This document shows positions 1 to 12,680 of a stretch of DNA of 64,000 nt, in pieces. The notes under the pieces are model-generated. The model was given only the letters and a program-made list of their open reading frames with translations. It had not been told where the DNA came from and did no database searches. Within the stretch, counting starts at the first letter, position 1. Each line of letters opens with the position of its first letter. The translations under genes and the position numbers were made by a program. Source of the stretch: Octopus vulgaris (Eukaryota); contig OX597843.1 in assembly GCA_951406725.2 (NCBI GenBank), positions 5,580,001 through 5,644,000 on the forward strand, given 5' to 3'.

Positions 1-47
1 GTGTGTATATATATATATATATACATATATGATTGCACATATATATA

Positions 48-78
<31 letters not shown>

Positions 79-2041
79 GTATATACATACATGTATACAT
101 ATATATGTATGTATAAAGATGTGTGTAGTATGCCAACCCAATATATGTATATATGTGTGTGTGTGCGTATATATATATATGATATATATTGATGCGTGTG
201 TGTGTAACTTATGCCATATACATAAGTTTTGCATGTCATACATATTTATATATAAACAATGTTGAATTTGTCTATTCAGTGTTTATTCATGAATTTCCAC
301 GCAATGGCCCATGGGTTAGAAGAGTACATGCGGACTCGCGGTTTCGATGTCCCTGTGCTGGGCAGTTTCCGTGAGTGTATATGGGGTCAGCAGAAAAACA
401 CCCACACACATAAGCTCCACAAGTGTCCTTCACTGCAGGAATTCATCCACGGCCATGGTGGTGATCCCGTGTACTCTTTCACCACAATGCTCGTCTCTCT
501 CTCTTACTTCCTGTTTCTGTTGTACCTGTATTTCAAAGGCGTACGACAGGCCATGTCACGTCGGTCATGTGTCGACTGCTCGAATCTGCCTTGAGAACCG
601 TACGTTAAGGGTACACGTATATATATAAGCTGTTAGTATATATATAAGCTGCTTATCATAAACCACTTTTCCAACTCTCTAACTTCTTTCCAGTCGCCAG
701 AAACAGGAAGACTTCTCCAATGGCCCCAGTATCACACACCACAAATATCTTGTTGGCACTGGTTGCCATTACGTAAAAGTCGGAGAACTCGCTGAAATAT
801 TGTAAGTTGGTTTACGTTTATCCAAGATTTTGAGGCCAAAACCGTAGGTTCTTATGCTGGTGCCACGTAAAAAGCACTCAGTCCACTCTGCAGGGTGGTG
901 ACATAAATTGGAAGGTCATCACGGTTCTGGTCAGTTTCATTTAGACTGACCTCACCTGTGCTGGTGCCAGAGTAAAAAGACCCTACTCAGTCCACTCTGT
1001 TTCAGTCATATGGCACTGCGGCCATGCTGGAGCATCCAGCCTATAAAAACGGTCGAGCAAATCGACCCTGTGGACTTATTCTTTGTAAGCCTAGTACTTA
1101 TTCTATCGGTCTCTTTTTGCCGAAGGGCATCCAGCCATAGTGACGGGGACATATAGACACACCAGCATATGTGTTGTATAAGCAATGCTAGGGTGTATAA
1201 ACACAGACACACATACACATAAGTGTATGGTATATATATACATATATACAGAACAGGCTTCTTTCAGTGTGTATAAGGTACAAGGCATTGGTCGGCGGGG
1301 GTATAGCAGAAGACACTTGCCCAAGATGCCACACAGTTCCCTGGCTTTGTGGCTGGTTAGGCCTAAGCTTCTCTTGAGCACAATGTAACCAAAGGCTTCG
1401 GTCATTGTTCATATTCTCTATGTAAGGCCCAACGCTCAGAGTGAAGGCACATGGCCCTAGTGGTTAGGATGATTGCATTTACAGTCAGGAGATTGCGGGT
1501 TCAATCTCCAGGACTGGGTGGTGTGTTATTTATGAGCAAATATCTAAGCTTCATTCCACGTGGCTCTGCCAGGCGAACTTCTGTTGGCAGAATTGTTAGT
1601 GCACCATTCTGAGTTCAAATCCCACCAAACTGAAGAAGGCAACTGGAAGCCACTCCAGTATTCATCCAAAGTCATGGATGGCTGTAGTTCCAGTAATGTA
1701 CTTAATGGCCGCAGGGGAGGGCACAGGACCTGCCCAAGGGCTGACCACCACTAAACTAGAGACTTAACAGCATGTGTTAACTGTTTTATTGCCTTATCAT
1801 GCGACACCAGCATATGAGGTATAAAAAAACAAATGTGTAAATAAATATCAAAAAGGGATCATGTTAAAACTCACTCTGTTACGATGCGTCCAAAGCGTTG
1901 TAGGATGTACACGTGTTTCACCAAAATGCTGAACTGATTACATAACATTAGAGACATTATGCAATCAAGCATTACACCTCATCAGTGTCCTGCCACAGAT
2001 ATGTATGTGTATGTACGTTTTGGCTCTCCCGTGGTCAAACT

Positions 2042-2082
<41 letters not shown>

Positions 2083-2991
2083 GATACAAAAGACAGTCGC
2101 CATGATAGATCGTTAGCCCTGCATCATCATCGTTTTTTTTCTCTCCTTGTTCCATGCTGTAGAAGAGCGTTATACTGGGAAGCCATCTGAAGGTTTTGTA
2201 CACCACCTCCAGTCTGATCTGGCATGTTTTTTTCATAAATTTCCCCTCCTATATATATATATATGTAGTGTGTGCTTATGCCACCGACACATATATATAT
2301 CACACGGTCGGATTCTCTTTTTCAGTCACTGGCATGGAAGGGTGAAGTGCGGCGCTGGCATCGGCCACGTTTGGATAGGTGCTTCATCAAAGTCCTTCAT
2401 TGCTACTTGAAATGGCCCATTATACAGACAGAAAGAGGGTTGGTCCTACTCACTTGTGTATATATATATGTGGATATATCTTAACATTAACTTTGGCCAT
2501 GCTGGAGCAACATCTTAAAAATCCTAAGTAGAATGAATCGACCCCAGTACTTGTTCTTTTCTCTCTCTCTTTTTTTTTTTTAAGGCCTGATACTTATTCT
2601 GTCAGTCTCGTTTTGCTAAACTGCTAAGTTGGGGTGGTGGGGTGTAACATACACTGACATCAGTTGTCAAGCAGTAGTGGGGGACAAACACACATTATAT
2701 ACGATGGGGCTTCTTTCAGTTTCCGTCCACATCCACTCACAAGGCTTTGGATGGCCTCAGTGTATGTGTGTGTGTATATATATATATATACATATACACA
2801 CACATACACTTATGTATATATATACACACACGTGTATAATTCCGTGCTAGTACGGGAAACGGACATTAAACGATGATGATATATAGATGTATATATGTAT
2901 ATATATATATATATGTATATATGATTGCACATATATGTATGTGTGTGTATATATATATATATATATACATATATGATTGCACATATATATA

Positions 2992-3022
<31 letters not shown>

Positions 3023-3379
3023 GTATATACATACATGTATACATATATATGTATGTATACATTGATGTATATATGTGTGTGTGTGCGTATATATATATAT
3101 GAGTGTGTATATATTGATGCGTGTGTGTGTGTAATTATGATATACATAAGTTTTGCATGTCATACATATTTATATATAAACAATTGTTTGTCTATTCAGT
3201 TTTACCTCTGAATTTCCACGCAAGCATGGGTTAGAAGAGTACATGGAAAAATGGATGTTAAAATAACAACAATAAAAACGGTGATGATGTCCCTGTGCTG
3301 GAAGCCGCAGTTTCCGTGAGAGGGGGGTCAGCAGACATGCTCTAGCCACACACACACACATGCGCACGTGCAGTGTCCT

Positions 3380-3626
3380 TCACTGCAGGAATTCATCCAC
3401 GGCCACGGGTTTCCGGACCCACCCCCCAATGCTCGACTCCACGCAGTGTTCGTAAAACTTCGTCTTCGCTTCCTGGTACGCCGCGGCCGACTGCTTCGTC
3501 TCAGCGTACGACAGGCTCGGGTCGACGTCGGTCATGTGCGACTGCTCACAGTACTGCCGGAACCGTCGCAGCATCGCGGCTTTGCACAGTCGGCTGGACA
3601 TGGTCGCCCCACTCTGGGTCGGGGAT
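3380..3626 (-). CDS. ADAD1: ADAD-like terminal coding exon 11
   Basis: ccttgcAG|A. Encodes SSRLCKAAMLRRF...YAETKQSAAAYQEAK...GWVRKPVAVDEFLQ, then TGA at 3382-3380. Confidence 0.92.
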
Positions 3627-6600
3627 CTGCAAGGGAGGATAAATAAAAAAATTACGTTAACCTCAAAGGCATGAGAAAACCAGTATGAACATACATATCA
3701 TCATCATCATCATCATCATACTATTATTATCGCCCCCTCCAATGGCCCCTCCCCTCTCAAAATTCCTTCTCTGTGCTGGTGCCACGTAAAAAGCACTTGG
3801 TCCACTCTGCTGGGTGGTTGGCATTTGGAAGGGCATCCAACTGTAAAAACCTTGCCAAAACTGACCTCACCTGTGCTGGTGCCATGTAGAAAGCACTCAG
3901 TCCACTCTGCAGAGTGGTTGGCATTTGGAAGGGCATCTAGTTGTAAAAACCTTGCCAAAACTGACCTCACCTGTGCTGGTGCCACATAAAAAGCACTCAG
4001 TCCACTCTGCAGGGTGGTTGGCATTTGGAAGGGCATCCAGCTATAAAAACGGTGCCAAAACTGACCTCACCTGTGCTGGTGCCATGCAAAAAGCACACAG
4101 TCCACTCTGCAGGGTGGTTGGCATTTGGAAGGGCATCCAGCCATAGTATGTACAGTATATATAGAGAAGCATATGTGTGTGTATAAGACAGAGAAGGGTG
4201 TATAATAATCAATGTAGAAGTCAATAAGTGTATGGTATTTGTGTGTGTGTATATATATATATACAGAACGCTATATGAGGTGTGTATAAGGTACAGGAGG
4301 GTATATATATGAGGGGTGGTGATAAGTTCCTGGCTTTTAGGTATCGTGATAGGCCTGGCTTCTTCTTGAGCACAATGTAATGCCAAAGGCTTCGGTCATT
4401 CGTCATTGTCTCCATGAGGCCCAACGCTCAGAGTGGAGGTACATGGCCCAGTGGTTAGAGCAGTGGGCTCGCAGTTGAGGTGTCGCGGGTTCGAATCTCA
4501 GACCGGGCGATGTGTGTATTTATGAGCGAAATATCTAAGCTCCGGCAGAAGGTAATGGCGAACTTCTGTTGACTCTTTCGTCACAACTTTTTCTCACTCT
4601 TTCCTCCTGCATCTTGCAGCTCACCTGCGATGGACCGGCATCCCATCCAAATGGGGAACCTATATGCCGAGGAAATTGGGAAACCCGCCCTTATGAACCA
4701 AGCATGGCTTGAGAAGGAACAAACACAACACTCGGAAGGTACTTTTCACGTGCCACCAGCATTGGCCATTGTGCCTCTGTGAGGCCCAATGTTCAAAAGG
4801 CACCTTTTATGTCTGACTGACACGGGTGCCAGTCATGCGACACCAGCATTATATATAAAAAAACAAATGTTAAATAAATATAAAAAGGGATCATGCTACT
4901 CACTCTGTTACGATGCGTCCAGTCAATCCGTTGGTCAGTTCAATCTTGTCTTGACCTTTGGCCCAATTCAAAGCAAGCTCGGTGGATTCAGCGTTCCTGA
5001 GATCATGGATCGGGGGTATAAACGACTGGTACAACCAGGGGTGGTTGATGCTGTAGCCGCGGGGCAACTGCGAGTTCAGTTCATCATAGAGTCGGCAGCA
5101 AACGGCTCGGGACAGATGACCGTGGTCAAACTGACTGGCTGGAAAATGGAGGGAACAGAGATAAAAACAGAAAAGCAAAAAAAGACATGCTGACATCATC
5201 ATCATCATCATCATCGTTTAACGTCCGTTTTCCATGCTAGCATGGGTTGGATGGTTCGACCGGGGTCTGGCAAGCCAGGGGCTGCACCAGGCTCCAGTCT
5301 GATCTGGCAGTGTTTCTACAGCTGGATGCCCTTCCTAACGCCAACCACTCCGTGAGTGTAGTGGGTGCTTTTTACGTGCCACCGACACATGTGCCAGACG
5401 AAGCTGGCAATGGCCACGGTCGGATTGGTGCTTTTTACGTGACACCGGCATGGGGGCCAGTCAAGGCGCTGGCACTGGCCACGTTCGGATGGTGCTTTTT
5501 ACATGCCACCGGCACGGAAGCCAGTCAAGGCGGCGCTGGCATCAGCCACAATTCGGATGGTGCTTTTTAAGTGCCACCGGCACGGAAGCCAGTCTAGGCG
5601 GCGCTGGCATCGGCCACGTTCGGATGGTGCTTTTTATGTGCCACCGGCACAGAAGCCAGTCGGGGCGGTGCTGGCATCGGCCACGTTCGGATGGTGCTTT
5701 TTATGTGCCACCGGCAAGGAAGCCAGTCAAGGCGGCGCTGGCATCAGCCACAATTCGGATGGTGCTTTTTACGTGACACTGGCATGGAAGCCAGTCAAGG
5801 CGGCGCTGGCATCGGCCACGTTTGGATGGTGCTTTTTACATGGTCCCTACATTAGGGGATGACATTCCAGCTTTTATCAACATGAAACAGGTAGAATATT
5901 TTGAGCTGGACAAGGTTTAAAACTGCTGCAATTTCACAAAGGGTTTCGTTAATTGGTCCGACCCCGGCGTTTTTGTGCATGGTCGCACTCTAACGAACGA
6001 AACCAGGAATATAAAAGTAAAAGACATAAAAAAAACCCAAAAAACAAACAAGCAAAGAATGAAAAAATGAAGGGGTATTTACCAAGGGTGATGCTTGAAA
6101 AGTAAAAGGGTGCCATGATTTTGGTGAGGAGACAGCCTTGGACCCCTAGCACGTTCCACTTAAGGATTTTATCACAGGTTGACATCACCTGAAGTTGCTC
6201 TTGGCGACTCTGCGTTATGTCCATCGTCTCTCGAACCACTGTGTTTTCAATGATGTGTTCCAAGCTACCTGCAGAAGAAAACCACCGTCAAATTAGTCTT
6301 TATTATCTTTATATATAAAACCAAAGTTGTGTGTGTGAGTGTCTGTCTCCTCCGATTTAGATTCCTAACTACTCCCACATTTAGCGGTGCAGTTTAACCA
6401 AAACCGGGTATCTTATAGTCGTGATTCATATCGAGCCCTTCTGGGTATTAGCACGCGTCTACGATGAGTCTACGATTTTAAAAATAATTTAACATCATTT
6501 TTTATTCCATTTTAATGCATATTTTTTCGTGTGTCGATGCACCTGTTTGCTTCTCCCCCTTCTTCCCTCCCTCGTAAAGCTGTGGGGAAGGGAGTGTAAG

Positions 6601-9600
6601 GAAATCAACGTCGTAAAGCGTTGTCAAGGAGACCAGCGTTCTTTTAGAACGACGACTTCATGGCTTGAAGACACCAAAACAGAAATGGCTAAGAAAGCCC
6701 GAATTGGCATCTATAAGGGAAGTAACTCTCTAAAAATGCTTATATAGTTATTTCCCTTACAAACCCGAGCAACGCCGGGCGATACTGCTAGTTATCTATA
6801 TATATAAAACTGTAGTTGTGTGAGTGCCTGTCCCCTTCGATTTAGATTCCTAACTACTCCCACATTTTGCGGTGCAGTTTAACCAAAACCGGGTATCTTA
6901 TAGTCGTGATTAATATCAAGCCCTTCTGGGTATTAGCGCGCGTCTACAATGAGTCTACGATTTAAAAAAAAAATTTACCATCATTTTTTTCCATTTTAAT
7001 GCATTTTTTCGCTATTACATAAGGGAAGTAACTCTCTAAAAATGTCTACGATGAGTCAATGATTTTTTGAAAAATTTACCATCATTTTTTTCCATTTTAA
7101 TGCATTTTTTTCGCTATTATATAAGGGAAGTAACTCTCTAAAAATGTCTACGATTTAAAAAAAAATTTACCATAATTTTTTTTCCATTTTTAATGCATTT
7201 TTTGCTATTTTTTGGCTATAACTCTCTAAAAATGCTTATATAGTTATTTCCCTTACAAACCCGAGCAACGCCGGGCGATACTGCTAGTTTATTATAAAAG
7301 AGAAGCCCGATCTTCATGTCTGTCTGTCTGTCCCGACGTATCTTGGAGGGAGAAGAGAAGGGAAGGAATCAGAAGGGGAGATAACTCATGTCACACCGTT
7401 TTGTTTTTGTTTTTTTTTAGAAAGGAAAAAAAGCTGTTGAGAGAGAAATAGTGAGAAAGAGAGATAGGCAGACAGCATTCACCCGGGGTGGGTTGAGCTG
7501 GCTGACGCACTACCAAAGTACGGATCTACCAAGCTCTAGTGCGAACGATTCTCCTTTACGGCAGCGAGTCATGGCCGACGAGGGTGGAAGATATTAAGCG
7601 ACTACAATCCTTCGATCACCTCTGTCTACGCCGCATCCTTCGTGTCCGATGGCATCACTTTGTCTCCAACAATTCGGTGCGACACCAGTGCAGAATCACC
7701 TCCCTCCGACAAGTCATCCTAACGAGACGTCTGCGTTGGCTGGGTCATGCCCTCCGTCGTCAACCAGGAGAATTCATCTACGAAGCAATTGCCCCAGCTC
7801 CCCTTCAGGGTTGGCGAAAGCGATGTGGTGGACAACGAAAAACCTGGCTGATGACAGTCAAGGCTGATCTGGAACCCAACCTACGAAGCAATTGCCCCAG
7901 CTCCCCTTCAGGGTTGGCGAAAGCGATGTGGTGGACAATGAAAAACCTGGCTGATGACAGTCAAGGCTGATCTGGAACCCAACCTACGAAGCAATTGCCC
8001 CAGCTCCCCTTCAGGGTTGGCAAAAGCGATGTGGTGGACAATGAAAAACCTGGCTGATGACGGTCAAGGCTGATCTGGAACCCAACCTACGAAGCAATTG
8101 CTCCAGATCCCCTTCAGGGTTATGGCTGATGAGGGAGGAAGATATTAAGCGATTAGAATCCTTCGATCACCTCTGTCTACGCCGCATCCTTCGTGTCCGA
8201 TGGCATCACTTTGTCTCCAACAATTCGGTGCGACACCAGTGCAGAATCACCTCCCTCCGACAAGTCTGCGTTGGCTGGGTCATGCCCTCCGTCGTCAACC
8301 AGGAGAATTCATCTACGAAGCAATTGCCCCAGCACCCCTTCAGGGTTGGCAAAAGCGATGTGGTGGACAACGAAAAACCTGGCTGATGACAGTCAAGGCT
8401 GATCTGGAACCCAACCTAGGCTCCCATATCTACGGCGTTCGCCACTGGAATAAGGAGTGGTTGGAGATCATGCGGTCATTAGCCTTAAATCGCCAGGCCT
8501 GGTCAGCGTTTGTGAGAGATGCAGCATTGAGGATGAATCAAGCCAGCTCAACCCACCCCGGGTGGATGCTGTCTCCAACAATTCGGTGCGACACCAGTGC
8601 AGAATCACCTCCCTCCGACAAGTCATCCTAACGAGATGTCTGCGTTGGCTGGGTCATGCCCTCCATCCTCAACCAGGAGAATTCATCTACGAAGCAATTG
8701 CCCCAGCTCCCCTTCAGGGTTGGCGAAAGCGATGTGGTGGACAACGAAAAACCTGGCTGACGACAGTCAAGGCTGATCTGGAGCCCAACCTACGAAGCAA
8801 TTGCTCCAGATCCCCTTCAGGGTTGGTGAAGGCGATCTGGTGGACAACGTGACATTACCACATTTTATTTAGACAAGAAAGAGTCACATTCACGCTGTGT
8901 GTGTGCATTCATAAACACACCAGGGCGTCTACGTTCGGTGACCGCAGTCACCTCCCCGGGACCTGGTCCCACGCCCAGCAACCGAACTCATAGGCGAAGG
9001 GGAACCCGGGGTGCCGGTGTATTAAGGTGGACGGCTGCCACCCGTCGAGGGTTAGAGCTTCCCCATCGAAGCGAACTAAGAGCATGTCCACCGCGGATGG
9101 ATTCACCCCCTGGCCGCATGGCTTCGTCCACTCAAGTCGGGGCCCTACATGATTCCCCGCTGGTTCGCTCGGGGACATGCAGACAATCGGCGCACACACT
9201 CACGCACAATATGCACGGAGAAGGACTCACCATCTGTGTACCGTAAACTCAAGGCCCCGTGATCTGATTCTTCAAATGCTGGTTTGTGAACTCCTCTGGC
9301 AATTTCTTCGTTATCTTCATGGGTAAGCAGTGCACTTGGCCTACAATCGGAAAGGAAACAAAAACATCAAACAAAAATATAAAGATTGCTGTGTGGTAAG
9401 TAGCTTGCTTACCAACCACATGGTTCTGGGTTCAGTCCCACTGCGTGGCACCTTGGGGAAGTGTCTTCTACCATAGCCTCGGGCCGACCAAAGCCTTGTG
9501 AGTGGATTTGGTAGACGGAAACTGAAAGAAGCCCGTCGTATATATGTATATGGGCGCAGGAGTGGCTGTATGGTAAGTAGCTTGCTTACCAACCACGTGG

Positions 9601-9968
9601 TTCCGAGTTCAGTCCCACCGCGTGGCACCTTGGGCAAGTGTCTTCTACTATAGCCTCGGGCTGACCGAAGCTTTGTGAGTAGATTTGGTAGACGGAAAGT
9701 GTAAGAAGTCCGCTGTATATATGTATATATATATATATGTATGTGTATGTATTTGTTTGTGTGTCTGTGTTTGTCCCCCCGACATCGCTTGACAACCAAA
9801 TGCTGGTGTGTTTGTGTCCCTGTAACTTAGCAGTTCAGCAAAAGAGACCGATGGAATAAGTACCAGGCTTACAAAGAATAAGTCCTGGGGTCAATTTGGT
9901 CGACTAAAGGCGGTGCTCCAGCATGGCTGCAGTCAAATGACTGAAACAAGTAAAACAGGAAAAAGAGA

Positions 9969-10012
<44 letters not shown>

Positions 10013-10620
10013 TTATATGAATGTATAAAATATATCTATGCCTCTCTCTCTGTATATATATATATATATATATATACATATAGGCGCAGGAGTGGCTGTG
10101 TGGTAAGTAGCTTGCTTATGAACCACATGGTTCTGGGTTCAGTCCCACTGCGTGGCACTTTGGACAAGTGTCTTCTACTATAGCCTCGGACCAACCAAAG
10201 CCTTGTCAGTGGATTTGGTAGATGGAAACTGAAAGAAGCCCATCGTATATATGTATATATATTTATGTATGTGTATGTCTTTGTTTATGAGGAATTTTAA
10301 GAAATGCAGAGGATTTAACAACAGCAAATAATATGTACAAAGAAAAAAAAATCGACTCTTCCCCTCCCCCATACCTCATACATATGCATGTATGTACACA
10401 CACACAGATATATGCATACATTCATCTGTACATACACACTTGCACATTCACGCAAATACATATACACACACACACTTATAAACATACACATGCATACATA
10501 CACACATGTACACACACACCCATGCATATATATATATATACACACACATAAACATACACACACACACACACAGACATGCATACACACACACATGTACACA
10601 CATATACACACACACACCCA

Positions 10621-10673
<53 letters not shown>

Positions 10674-12626
10674 TCATATACACACAGAGGTCACACATGA
10701 TGCCATGCAGTGGCAGACTGAATCCTGGGACTGTGTGGTTCAGAAGTCAAATCCTCGACCATCCAACCATGCCTGTCCCTATCAATTATCTTCACGGATT
10801 ACAATAAAAGAAAAACCAGACACTGGACTTACTTGCTCAAGAAGATACTATAGTCACCGGAGGGGGGGTCACTGAGGAAGAGGTGAAAGGTCACGTCCTT
10901 TTTTACATTCAAAAGACCCCCACTTTCGGGTGACATTTCGTATATACAGATGGGGGAATTCGGTTCAGCCAGGTAGCGCTGGAGTTCTAAATACAGGTAC
11001 CTGAAGGAAATGAAATGAAGAAGGAATGTGTAGGAATCTGTATTTGTGTGTGTGTGTGTGTGTGTGTGTACACATCTAGGTATGTGCTTCTTTATATATA
11101 TACTAGCAGTATTGCCTGGCGTTGCTCGGGTTTGTAAGGGAAATAACTATATAAGCATTTTTAGAGAGTTACTTCCCTTATAGATGCCAATTCGGGCTTT
11201 CTTAGCCATTTCTATTTTGGTGTCTTCAAGCCATGAAGTCGTTCTAAAAAAACGCTGGTCTCCTTGACAACGCTTTACGACGTTGATTTCCTTACACTCC
11301 CTTCCCCACAGCTTCACGAGGGAGGGAAGAAGGGGGAGAAGCAAACAGGTGCAGCTGTGAGCGTGGACGCCAACTCCGCCGCCATCGACACACGAAAAAT
11401 TATGCATTAAAATGGAATAAAAAATGATGTTAAATTATTTTTAAAATCGTAGACTCATCGTTGACGCGCGCTAATACCCAGAAGGGCTCGATATGAATCA
11501 CGACTATAAGATACCCGAATTTGGTTAAACTGCACCGCAAAATGTGGGAGTAGTTAGGAATCTAAATTGAAGGGGACAGACACTCACACAACTACAGTTT
11601 TATATATATGTTGGTGTAACATATGGATGCGAGACCTGGACACTAAAGAAAGCTGACCAGAAGAGAATTAATGCATTCGAGGTTTGGTGTTGGAGAAGAC
11701 TTTTACGGATTCCATGGACAGCGAGGCTCACCAATGGAGAAGTTCTTAAGCAGATCAGGCCGAAAATGTTGCTAGAAGCTAGGATCACCAAGCATAGATT
11801 GGCATATTATGCGGAGAAAATCCCTGGAGAAGGACATCATGCTCGGAATGGTCAGTGGCAAGAGAGGAAGAGGCCGACCAAGAACCCGCTGGCTTGACAC
11901 CATCAAGAGTGATACCGGAATGGACATAGCCAGTCTGAAAGAAGCAGCCCAGGATAGAACTGACTGGAGGACACTGATCCAATGAGTGACCAAGAGTCGA
12001 CTTGGACTAAACGGATAGAGAGATGTTGGTGTGTGTACATATATACAAGTGGATGCTGAAAAGCTCCTGGCTTTGGATAAAAGAAAATACAGGAGAATCA
12101 GTGAATTATGATTTTATTCAACATATTCCCCTCTCAGATTCACATACTGAGATTGCAGCGGTCCTTAAGTTTTTATAAGTCCTCTAAAAGAACTCAGGTT
12201 ACCACCCATTACACTCATGGAGTGGTTGGCGTTAGGAAGGGCATCCAGCCTTAGAAACATTGCCAGATCAGACTGGGCCTGATGCAGCCTTCTGGCTTCC
12301 CAGACCCCAATTGAACCGTCCAACCCATGCTAGCATGGAAAGCAGACGCTAATCGATGATGATGATGATGTACATACACACATATATCTATCATTATCAT
12401 CATTGTTCGACCGTGGTCGAGACAATGGAATTTACCATGCTACGCCAGACTTCACGGTCCATCATGGCATTACGGAGGTCCTGTTGCTGGATGCCTGTAT
12501 CCCTGGAGATTACATCAGGGTAGGAGAGTGTGCGCCCTCTGGTATTGCGAGTAGATGGCTTCCAGAGGAGAAGAGTAGAAATTACCTCTTTTTCAGCTCC
12601 ACAACAATGTCCAGCAAACTGGACTC

Positions 12627-12680
<54 letters not shown>

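Noticed and set aside
5480-5840. CRISPR-like regular repeats (also 3771-4145)
   Set aside because: Head-to-tail units without unique spacers, no cas genes, eukaryotic retroelement tail.
7845-7875. CTGATGA followed by a small hairpin, repeated in the LINE concatemer
   Set aside because: No GAAA or stem III follows; it is LINE coding sequence (WLMTVK).
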